DNA from: a virus | Taxonomy: Duplodnaviria; Caudoviricetes | Direction: 5' to 3' (one strand) | Length of the DNA: 64,000 nucleotides | Virus record (IMG/VR): IMGVR_UViG_3300028175_000001 | In this document: positions 18,517 to 26,473 of the stretch, piece by piece | How positions within the stretch are numbered: position 1 is the first letter of the stretch | Layout of the letters: each line of letters begins with the position of its first letter | Translations under genes and position numbers: made by a program | Notes under the pieces: generated by a model | Seen by the model: only the letters and a program-made list of their open reading frames with translations | Told to the model about the DNA's origin: nothing | The model's database searches: none

Positions 18517-20059
18517 ATTTGCTCTCTGTAGTTTCTGATCTCTTTGGTAAGCTTGATATATTAAAAACTGCACCTATATTCTTGGCCGTTTCTGAAGTGG
18601 GCTCTTTGGATAAACCAGATATAACAGGAGTTTGCTGTTCAATAGAATTGACTTCTAAATTATGACCCTGCGAATAATTTCCTGGTCTATTCATCATAAT
18701 TATTGAATCCGGATTCTTTTTAATCCACAGGGTTCTCCATGCTTTAGATACAGGCTCCAGTGTTTTCCATACTTGACACAATTGATGATTTGCTGGATGA
18801 TTTTGCCATTTTTTACCAGCATCCTGTTCTTCACCAAATTTTGCATCTGCGGCATCAAATGAACCCGCAGGACACTTTAAACAAAAATCCGCTGTACATG
18901 TATTACACGCTAATGTTCCATCTGTTCTAAATTCATCCAAATAAGAACGATATAATGATGTTGTTTCATCCACAAATTTTTGCATTTGCATACCAGATTC
19001 CATTAAATCGCCTCTTACATGATCCTCTCTTTGTCTATACATACACCCATGACAAGGATATGTTTTACCGTCTAAATCAATTGAAAGATAATTAATACCA
19101 GCCGCACAATTTTGTTTTTCTTTTCTGAACCATCTAAAGTGATTTTCTAAATTAATATCATGATCTATACTATATTTCACAATTTTCATTAAATTCACTC
19201 TTAGATCCTTTAAGTGACCCATATATTCTTCTTCCTTAACTGCACCATCAATTCTATCTGGATCTGTACTGTGAGTGTCAGGAGTGGGTCCATATGATTC
19301 TCCATTATCATAATGCCATTTCCAAACATCAAAAAGATATTTAAAATTGCGAGATGATATGACTGCTTTAATACCTATAGAAAAACCATCAGATTTTAAC
19401 TCTTTATAAGTTGCATAAACAGTTTTAGATAATTTTTCACTTTCTCCTGCTTTAGTTCTACGTTCCATCGTATTAACAGGTTCACCATCAAAAGATACTT
19501 GAATATGTAAACGTGATTGTTGCGGCATATCTAATCTATTTCCCAACAGACCTTTTAATTCTATTAACTGTTTTTTATACTTTTTAAGATAAGTTCCATT
19601 AGTATAGAACATAAAACATACTTTTTGAGTATCAGCCAATCTTTTCATTATATCTTTGCAAAAAAGAAAATTAGCAAAAGGTTCTCCGCCCCACCAATTT
19701 ATATTAATATCTCTATACCTATCCATATCCAATGACCTAACTGTTTTTTCTATATCTTCAGGAGTCATCTCTGTTTTTTCTTGATATTGTGATGACAATC
19801 CGCACGATTCTCCTTCAGAACAATATGTACAAGCAAGATTACATTCACTCGTTACATTAACATCTAAATTAAAACTTTGCATTGGATTAAAATTATTTGA
19901 CATTGCACCACCACCCTGTCCCTGGGGCATTGTTGATCCCCCCATCTGTTTTAACATTTTTTCTTGTTCTTCCATCGTTTTTCGCATTTGCATCATTTGC
20001 TGTTGCATTTGTTCGGGTGACATTTGTTCTTTTATAGGATCAAATCGGATATTATTCAT
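18509..20059 (-). CDS. Radical SAM/SPASM peptide maturase-like enzyme
   Basis: CNLACTYC, WWGGEP, FYTNG, VSFDG; CAAG...YPCHGC...CNTCTADFCLKC...C; Gln/Met-rich N-terminus; starts 3 nt after the Cys-rich gene. Confidence 0.92.
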   Translation of the reverse strand: MNNIRFDPIKEQMSPEQMQQQMMQMRKTMEEQEKMLKQMGGSTMPQGQGGGAMSNNFNPMQSFNLDVNVTSECNLACTYCSEGESCGLSSQYQEKTEMTPEDIEKTVRSLDMDRYRDININWWGGEPFANFLFCKDIMKRLADTQKVCFMFYTNGTYLKKYKKQLIELKGLLGNRLDMPQQSRLHIQVSFDGEPVNTMERRTKAGESEKLSKTVYATYKELKSDGFSIGIKAVISSRNFKYLFDVWKWHYDNGESYGPTPDTHSTDPDRIDGAVKEEEYMGHLKDLRVNLMKIVKYSIDHDINLENHFRWFRKEKQNCAAGINYLSIDLDGKTYPCHGCMYRQREDHVRGDLMESGMQMQKFVDETTSLYRSYLDEFRTDGTLACNTCTADFCLKCPAGSFDAADAKFGEEQDAGKKWQNHPANHQLCQVWKTLEPVSKAWRTLWIKKNPDSIIMMNRPGNYSQGHNLEVNSIEQQTPVISGLSKEPTSETAKNIGAVFNISSLPKRSETTESKYA

Positions 20060-20062
20060 TTT

Positions 20063-20674
20063 TTATTTCGAGTTATTACAGTTACATGGACAGTGATTAC
20101 AATCACATGGACAAAAATTACAGTTACATGGACAAAAATTACAGTTACAAGGACAGAAATTACAATTACAGGGACAAAAATTACAATTACAGGGACAAAA
20201 ATTACAATTACAGGGACAAAAATTACAGTTACATGGACAGTGATTACAATTACATGGACAAAAATTACAATCACATGGACAAAAATTACAATCACATGGA
20301 CAAAAATTACAATTACATGGACAAAAATCACAATCACATACGCACACAACTTTCCATTCATCGAGTTTTGTTACCAGATCGTCTATATGTGCGGCGGCTA
20401 TTAAATCTCCGACACTTACAGCACCATAAGATAATGTTGGTGCGGGACTTGGTGGAGTTTGGGTATATAACTTACTTACTATTTCTCCACGCAATTCATT
20501 CCAAATTTGTGCGGCGACAGGATCTGCCATGCTGGTCCAAGATGAAATCGCTATACTTCTTCTTGTAAACTCATCATTTAATGAAGTTCTGCAAGTAGTT
20601 ATCTCTGACTGCTGAATTAGTGTACCAGCTTGTGCAGGTAAACCAGTTAAATTGGTAGGACATGGCGAACCCAT
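20063..20674 (-). CDS. Cys-rich heptad-repeat protein; putative radical SAM substrate
   Basis: 110-aa N-terminal domain, then CV + 12 x C[ND]C[ND][FH]CP + CNCNNSK; 41 Cys in 203 aa; directly upstream of two rSAM/SPASM genes. Confidence 0.8.
   Translation of the reverse strand: MGSPCPTNLTGLPAQAGTLIQQSEITTCRTSLNDEFTRRSIAISSWTSMADPVAAQIWNELRGEIVSKLYTQTPPSPAPTLSYGAVSVGDLIAAAHIDDLVTKLDEWKVVCVCDCDFCPCNCNFCPCDCNFCPCDCNFCPCNCNHCPCNCNFCPCNCNFCPCNCNFCPCNCNFCPCNCNFCPCNCNFCPCDCNHCPCNCNNSK
20066..20338. repeat. 21-bp coding tandem repeat (12 full units plus 1 partial)
   Basis: Units such as ggacaaaaattacaattacat on the plus strand; variation is synonymous or N/D and F/H in the Cys frame. Confidence 0.95.
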
Positions 20675-20853
20675 TATATTTTACTCCAAAATTTATTCCG
20701 TATTAATTTATCATCATTTCCCAAATAAAGAAAATTTGTGATTCTTGAACCAAGTTTCTTTAATAACATTTCTTCATCTATCTCACTATCAAAATCAAGA
20801 TTACCCCAAAAAGGTGCATCAGTTATATTTGCATATTCCAATATCGTATACTT
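20674..20853 (-). pseudogene. Hidden 59-codon open frame without an in-frame ATG at its 5' end (frameshifted gene, readthrough extension, or 31-aa ORF from ATG 20769)
   Basis: Frame continues after the TGA of 20854..24750: KYTILEYANITDAPFWGNLDFDSEIDEEMLLKKLGSRITNFLYLGNDDKLIRNKFWSKI*; its TAA overlaps the next ATG; two motifs match 2634..3221. Confidence 0.6.
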
Positions 20854-23800
20854 TCATATTTTCACTTCAACAAATCCAGCATCACTATCAGACAATGCTA
20901 TTCCAATTAAATCGTGTTTATGTGATTTATATTCATATTTAGTTATAGATTTTCCTGCACCATCATTATAAGCCATAATAAGGTCCCCTTTAACACATCT
21001 TCCCACAATCTTAACTAATATTCTTCCGGTCAAACAAATAAAGATCATAAATTCATTTTTTCTCTGTTCCATACTATCATTCATCCTCAATCCAGGATTA
21101 TCTGAAACAACACCAGCATAAGGCATTTCAGCTTGATATAGAGTAACTTCTTTTTCTCCTCCAATTGATAAAACAGTTCCTGGATCATATACCAAATCAG
21201 ACTCATATCTCTCGGCCAAGTCAGACCAACTCGCTGATGTTGCTCTTCCATTAAATGTAACCGCATACATATCGTTATATACCATTGTAGATGTACCGAT
21301 ATCGTGTGTATTATTTGCGACAGGAACAATGGCCTTAGTTGTCATTGTTCCATCAAAACCAGAAGTTCCATATACTTTTAAAGCTGATAATCCAGTCACT
21401 CCACTTGAAGAAAAAATAGCACCATTAAAATACAATTCTGTTGGTGTAGTAATATCATTTACTCTATATCCAGAATACGCTCCAAGCGAAGATGATGATG
21501 CATAATATTGAACATATCCAGCGGCTCCTGCTGGACTGGTCGGCGCTCCATCAGCTCCAGAACTTCCAGCAGAGCCAGATGTTCCAGCAGTACCAGCACT
21601 TCCTGCACTTCCAGCAGAACCAGATGATGCATATGTTAATCCAGAAGAACCAGCAGTCCCAGACGTTCCAGAAGAACCAGCAGAGCCAGAAGTTCCCGCA
21701 GATCCAGACGTTCCAGCAGAACCAGAAGAACCAGAAGAACCAGCAGTACCAGATGATCCAGAAGTTCCAGAACTTCCTTCTCCAAAAGTTAATGCCGCCC
21801 AACCAGATATTGCAGTAGCAAAAACTAATTTAGCGGTATTTGAACTAATATAACGAATTGATTCTGGATAAATTACATCATAGTTAGAATCTACAACTTC
21901 AATATTTAAAGGTCTAACTCCTAAATTATGATTTATTAACCAAACAGAACTTGCTGAACCTTGAACATGAATCCAGGAACCACCATCTTGACCAGAAGAA
22001 CCAGCACTTCCAGCACTTCCTGCGGAACCCGCACTTCCTGCAGTTCCAGCAGAACCAGAAGAACCAGAAGAACCAGCAGTACCAGATGATCCAGAAGTTC
22101 CAGCAGAGCCAGATGATCCTGCACTTCCAGCACTTCCTGCACTTCCAGAAGAACCAGCAGAACCAGAAGAGCCAGCGGAACCAGATGTTCCAGCAGAGCC
22201 AGAAGTTCCAGCAGAGCCAGCACTACCAGCACTTCCTGCAGAACCAGCAGAACCAGCACTTCCAGCAGAGCCAGATGATCCAGATGATCCAGAAGTTCCA
22301 GCACTTCCAGAAGTCCCTGCGCTTCCAGCACTTCCAGCACTTCCAGCAGAGCCAGCACTTCCTGCAGTTCCAGCACTTCCAGAAGAACCCGCAGAACCAG
22401 CAGAACCAGAAGATGCATATGTTAATCCAGAAGAACCAGAGGAACCAGTAGAACCAGCAGAGCCAGCAGAGCCAGATGATCCTGCACTTCCTGCACTTCC
22501 AGAAGAACCAGCACTTCCAGCACTTCCAGCAGAACCTGCACTTCCAGCACTTCCAGCAGAGCCAGCACTTCCTGCACTTCCTGCAGAGCCAGATGATCCA
22601 GCACTTCCAGCACTTCCTGCGGAACCCGCACTTCCTGCAGTTCCAGCAGAACCAGAAGAACCAGCAGAACCAGATGTTCCAGCAGAGCCAGAAGTTCCAG
22701 CAGAGCCAGATGATCCTGCACTTCCAGCACTTCCTGCACTTCCAGAAGAACCAGCAGAACCAGAAGAACCAGCAGAACCAGATGTTCCAGCAGAGCCAGA
22801 AGTTCCAGCAGAGCCAGCACTACCAGCACTTCCTGCAGAACCAGCAGAACCAGCACTTCCAGCAGAGCCAGATGATCCAGATGATCCAGAAGTTCCAGCA
22901 CTACCAGCACTTCCTGCAGAACCAGCAGAACCAGCACTTCCAGCAGAGCCAGATGATCCAGATGATCCAGAAGTTCCAGCGGTACCAGAATCACCAGTTC
23001 TTGCGAATGAAGCAACAATTTCAGTATTGTTTTGAAAATTATTTAATGAAGAATCTAAAAATGTAACATCCACATAATACCATGAGGGATTTGTGGTATC
23101 AAATTCATTAATGCTGTATAAGAAATACTTTTCAGGAGCTGATTTATCATAAATTCGAAAATGGCCTTTTGGAACACTAAAAGCAACATCATCAATTGTC
23201 TGTAAGAAAGAATCAATTGTCGTGCCATCTTGATCAGTATCACTTATTCTCAATCTATTAGCAGTAGTGGGATATGTAAAAGCACCAGTAGTTAATGTAA
23301 ATGCCAATTTACCCGTACCTGGATCATTCGTTGATTGATCTGTACTGTAACGATATGCAAATGAAGCACCCCCAAAACCACCATCATGTCCAGATGAACC
23401 AGAAGTACCAACAGTCCCAGAACTTCCAGAACTTCCAGCAGAACCAGATGTTCCAGATGATCCAGAAGTTCCAACACTTCCAGAAGAACCCGCAGAACCA
23501 GCAGAACCAGAAGATGCATATGTCAATCCAGAAGAACCAGCAGAACCAGATGTTCCAGCAGAACCAGATGTTCCAGATGATCCAGAAGTTCCAGCACTTC
23601 CTGCAGAACCAGCAGAACCAGCAGAACCAGCACTTCCAGCAGAGCCAGCACTTCCTGCAGTTCCAGCACTTCCAGAAGAACCAGCAGAACCAGAAGAACC
23701 AGAAGATGCATATGTCAATCCAGAAGAACCAGCAGAACCAGAAGTACCAATTGGACCATCAGCTCCAGATGATCCAGAAGTTCCAGCACTTCCAGCAGAA

Positions 23801-24750
23801 CCCGCAGAACCCGCAGTTCCAGAAATTCCAGAAGAACCAGCACTTCCAGCAGAGCCAGCACTTCCTGCAGAACCAGTACTTCCAGAAGAACCTGCAGTTC
23901 CAGAAGTTCCCGCAGTTCCAGAAATTCCAGAAGAACCAGATGTTCCAGATGATCCTGCACTTCCAGCACTTCCTGCACTTCCAGAAGAACCAGCAGAACC
24001 AGAAGTACCAATTGGACCATCAGCTCCAGATGATCCAGAAGTTCCAGCAGAGCCAGAAGAAGCATATGTCAATCCAGAAGAACCAGCAGAACCAGAAGTT
24101 CCAATTGGACCATCAGCACCAGAAGTTCCAGATGTTCCAGCAGAGCCAGCACTTCCCGCAGAACCCGCAGTTCCAGAAATTCCAGAAGAACCAGCACTTC
24201 CAGCAGAACCAGAAGATGCATATGTCAAGCCAGAACTTCCGGAACTACCCGCACTTCCGGAAGAAGTATCCCCTCCTCCGCCTCCACCAGATTCTCCCCA
24301 ACCACTTCCACCGGCCACTCGTTGGGCAGTTAAAGTGGCTTTTTTACTAATCTTTTTAACAACTTCTTTAAAATTATCTAACTCTTTTACGAGTTTAGTT
24401 ACATCAGCATCATCACCAGATTCTCCCTTTTCTCCCATTGGTCCTATAGGTCCAATATCTCCTAAATCTCCCCTAGGACCCTGAACACCTTGTGGACCAA
24501 TTCTTCCTGATATTCCTTTAACGCCCACTTCGCCAGCAAGCCCCTTTTCGCCCTTTTCTCCCTTTTCTCCCTTAGGACCTACAGTGCCTTTAATTTCAAG
24601 AACTTTAACTGTTTCACCAGTAACAGGATCTAAAATTTCTTTTATATCCTCTACAAGTTCTTCTTTAGTTTTTTTTAATTGTTTTTTAGTATAAGCAAGA
24701 GAAGTTGCTAGAACCTTACTTAAATCTAAATCTTTTTGATCGTCTTTCAT
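20854..24750 (-). CDS. Giant collagen-like / Ser-Ala-Thr-Gly repeat fibre protein with C-terminal chaperone-like domain
   Basis: 20 Gly-X-Y triplets, three long [ST][AS]G arrays, globular inserts (YSTDQSTNDPGTG; WLINHNLGVRP) and C-terminal DLAERY...PGTVL...GVVSDNPGLRMN as seen in phage fibre C-termini. Confidence 0.75.
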   Translation of the reverse strand: MKDDQKDLDLSKVLATSLAYTKKQLKKTKEELVEDIKEILDPVTGETVKVLEIKGTVGPKGEKGEKGEKGLAGEVGVKGISGRIGPQGVQGPRGDLGDIGPIGPMGEKGESGDDADVTKLVKELDNFKEVVKKISKKATLTAQRVAGGSGWGESGGGGGGDTSSGSAGSSGSSGLTYASSGSAGSAGSSGISGTAGSAGSAGSAGTSGTSGADGPIGTSGSAGSSGLTYASSGSAGTSGSSGADGPIGTSGSAGSSGSAGSAGSAGSSGTSGSSGISGTAGTSGTAGSSGSTGSAGSAGSAGSAGSSGISGTAGSAGSAGSAGTSGSSGADGPIGTSGSAGSSGLTYASSGSSGSAGSSGSAGTAGSAGSAGSAGSAGSAGSAGSAGTSGSSGTSGSAGTSGSAGSSGLTYASSGSAGSAGSSGSVGTSGSSGTSGSAGSSGSSGTVGTSGSSGHDGGFGGASFAYRYSTDQSTNDPGTGKLAFTLTTGAFTYPTTANRLRISDTDQDGTTIDSFLQTIDDVAFSVPKGHFRIYDKSAPEKYFLYSINEFDTTNPSWYYVDVTFLDSSLNNFQNNTEIVASFARTGDSGTAGTSGSSGSSGSAGSAGSAGSAGSAGSAGTSGSSGSSGSAGSAGSAGSAGSAGSAGSAGTSGSAGTSGSAGSSGSAGSSGSAGSAGSAGSSGSAGTSGSAGTSGSAGSSGSAGTAGSAGSAGSAGSAGSSGSAGSAGSAGSAGSAGSAGSAGSAGSAGSSGSAGSAGSSGSAGSAGSTGSSGSSGLTYASSGSAGSAGSSGSAGTAGSAGSAGSAGSAGSAGTSGSAGTSGSSGSSGSAGSAGSAGSAGSAGSAGSAGTSGSAGTSGSAGSSGSAGSSGSAGSAGSAGSSGSAGTSGSSGTAGSSGSSGSAGTAGSAGSAGSAGSAGSSGQDGGSWIHVQGSASSVWLINHNLGVRPLNIEVVDSNYDVIYPESIRYISSNTAKLVFATAISGWAALTFGEGSSGTSGSSGTAGSSGSSGSAGTSGSAGTSGSAGSSGTSGTAGSSGLTYASSGSAGSAGSAGTAGTSGSAGSSGADGAPTSPAGAAGYVQYYASSSSLGAYSGYRVNDITTPTELYFNGAIFSSSGVTGLSALKVYGTSGFDGTMTTKAIVPVANNTHDIGTSTMVYNDMYAVTFNGRATSASWSDLAERYESDLVYDPGTVLSIGGEKEVTLYQAEMPYAGVVSDNPGLRMNDSMEQRKNEFMIFICLTGRILVKIVGRCVKGDLIMAYNDGAGKSITKYEYKSHKHDLIGIALSDSDAGFVEVKI
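21545..24270. repeat. Degenerate 9-bp coding repeat arrays (about 21545-21745, 21985-22995, 23390-24270)
   Basis: ccagcagaa/ccagaagaa/cctgcactt units; a near-identical block of ~290 bp occurs twice (about 22020-22310 and 22620-22900); six GLTYASSG interruptions. Boundaries approximate. Confidence 0.9.
24409..24588 (-). repeat. Collagen-like Gly-X-Y segment (20 triplets)
   Basis: GTV GPK GEK GEK GEK GLA ... GES GDD. Confidence 0.9.
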
Positions 24751-24776
24751 TTATTATTCCTGCACTCATCTACGGA

Positions 24777-26459
24777 TCAATCTACAAAATTTTCATCATC
24801 TTCTAAAACAGAAAAAAGAATATCATTTACTTTATCTTTAATATCATTTTCTTTTTTCGCAAATTCAAATTTTTCTTCAATCTTTTTATCAATATTTTCA
24901 TTAATTTCTTGTTTATTGTGTGTATCTATTTTTACAGAATTGAACTGCATATTATCTTCTCCCGAAAATCTAGGATCATCAGTTTCTTTTTGAATTTGCT
25001 CATCATTAGTTTTAATTTCATCATCGGTCATCATTAAAACATGTTTTCTAATATATTCATGAGACCAATATTTTCCAGCATATTCTTGTAAATCTCTTAA
25101 AATATTCAATCTATCTTGCATAAGTTCATTCTGTTTTATTTCTACAAAATGACTATCATTTTCAAATTCATAATATATTTCATTTTTAATATTCTTCCAA
25201 TCTTCTTTAGACATTATTCCCCTGAGGATCAACTGTCTTTCCATCATTTCATCAAACAGTAAACTAAATCTACTTTGAAGTTTATTAACAAATCGTGTAA
25301 ATTTAACTTCATCTCTTGAAATTTCAGTAGCACGACCAATCGTATAGTTTGCTTCTGATTCAAGTCTAGAAATAGGAACACCTAGTGATTTATAAAGTTT
25401 TTTCTGAAAATATAATACATCTTCAATATCTCCAAGATTATTACCACCGGGCAAAGTTGTAATTTCTGTTCCTCTCCCACCCTCTCTTCTTGGCATCCAA
25501 TAATCTTCAAGCATTGACATATGTTTTCTATCATCTCTAACCTCACCCGTTTGAGCATCATATACAAGTTTGTTTTTGTATCGTGTCATTAAATCACGCA
25601 TGTATTGTTCTGCTTTTAACTTGGGTAAATTTCCAACATCAACATAAAAAATTCTTCTCTCTGGGGCTCGTGAAATACGATAAATTACGAGAGAATCCTC
25701 GATCATTCTTAATTGATTTAATGGTTTGATTGCTTTGTGTAGGTAGGACAAAACTAATGTACGTGTACTATTCATTAGTCCTGAATGTGTATATATAATC
25801 GCATCAGGAGCTATTTTTAAACCACTGGCGGCACTTGTAAAAGCAGTACCCATTGTCTGCCCCTGTGATTGATATATTCCTTTTTGATTATAAACATAAT
25901 ATTCCTCGACAGTAGTTTTTGAGGTACCATCAGATTGTCTATCGGTTTTCTTTTCACGAATTTTCTTTATTTTTCTAGGGTCTAATACTCTTAATTCGTG
26001 AATTCCTTTTTCTAGATTATTTTCATCAACAACAACATGATAATAAATTCGACCATCAATATACCATCTTTTAAAAACATCGTGTCCTAAATTTTGTAAA
26101 TCTAGAAGTTTGCTTATTTGCTTAAATTCTACTCTTATTTTGTCTCTGATACTTTCAGAGATATTTAAGTTGTCTACATTAATTCTTACAAGGGGCTTGT
26201 CTTTGGAGGCTACAATGGCTTCATTAATTATATCATCAATGGCATTTTCTACTTCTGCTTGAAGACCCATATCACGATATCTGTTTATTAACTCAGATTC
26301 GCTTTTTATGGCTCCTGCCTGATCGACATATGTTCCATAAGCACCACCAGATGCTACGGTTAATGATCCATCTTCATATTCTGGTTCAGCGAAGGTTTGG
26401 GCTTTTACGGTTTTCTTTTCGGTTTTTCCGAGCGAAAAACCGAACAATTCAATGGGCAT
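24777..26459 (-). CDS. gp20: Portal vertex protein
   Basis: MPIELFGFS, WYIDGRIYYH, LSYLHKAIKPLNQLRMIEDSLVIYRISRAPERRIFYVDVGNLPK, EDYWMPRREGGRGTEITTLPGG. Confidence 0.98.
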   Translation of the reverse strand: MPIELFGFSLGKTEKKTVKAQTFAEPEYEDGSLTVASGGAYGTYVDQAGAIKSESELINRYRDMGLQAEVENAIDDIINEAIVASKDKPLVRINVDNLNISESIRDKIRVEFKQISKLLDLQNLGHDVFKRWYIDGRIYYHVVVDENNLEKGIHELRVLDPRKIKKIREKKTDRQSDGTSKTTVEEYYVYNQKGIYQSQGQTMGTAFTSAASGLKIAPDAIIYTHSGLMNSTRTLVLSYLHKAIKPLNQLRMIEDSLVIYRISRAPERRIFYVDVGNLPKLKAEQYMRDLMTRYKNKLVYDAQTGEVRDDRKHMSMLEDYWMPRREGGRGTEITTLPGGNNLGDIEDVLYFQKKLYKSLGVPISRLESEANYTIGRATEISRDEVKFTRFVNKLQSRFSLLFDEMMERQLILRGIMSKEDWKNIKNEIYYEFENDSHFVEIKQNELMQDRLNILRDLQEYAGKYWSHEYIRKHVLMMTDDEIKTNDEQIQKETDDPRFSGEDNMQFNSVKIDTHNKQEINENIDKKIEEKFEFAKKENDIKDKVNDILFSVLEDDENFVD

Positions 26460-26473
26460 GATATTTCCTGAAT

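Noticed and set aside
2269-20059. Cluster as mis-assembled host DNA
   Set aside because: Same strand, similar AT-richness by eye and phage-like overlapping gene packing as the flanks; a late promoter sits at the exit; paralog pairs span the block. Considered unlikely, but only read mapping can exclude it.
20066-20338. 21-bp repeat as a CRISPR array
   Set aside because: Units are directly tandem with no unique spacers, lie within a CDS, and no cas genes are present.
20024-20568. Alternative-frame ORFs over the 21-bp repeat (VIVIFVH, TITWTKI, MDKNYNY)
   Set aside because: Only the Cys frame has a non-repetitive N-terminal domain, coupled start/stop junctions and mostly synonymous variation between units.
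20819-20857. 12-aa micro-ORF MKVYDIGICKYN from the overlapping ATG
   Set aside because: Too short to support, and the paralogy signal lies in the adjacent frame; kept only as part of the frameshift hypothesis.
21492-24350. Long Gln-rich plus-strand ORFs and Leu/Val-rich alternative minus-frame ORFs
   Set aside because: Shadow frames of the 9-bp Ser/Ala-Gly repeat; they lack stops only because of repeat composition and have no RBS or non-repetitive content.
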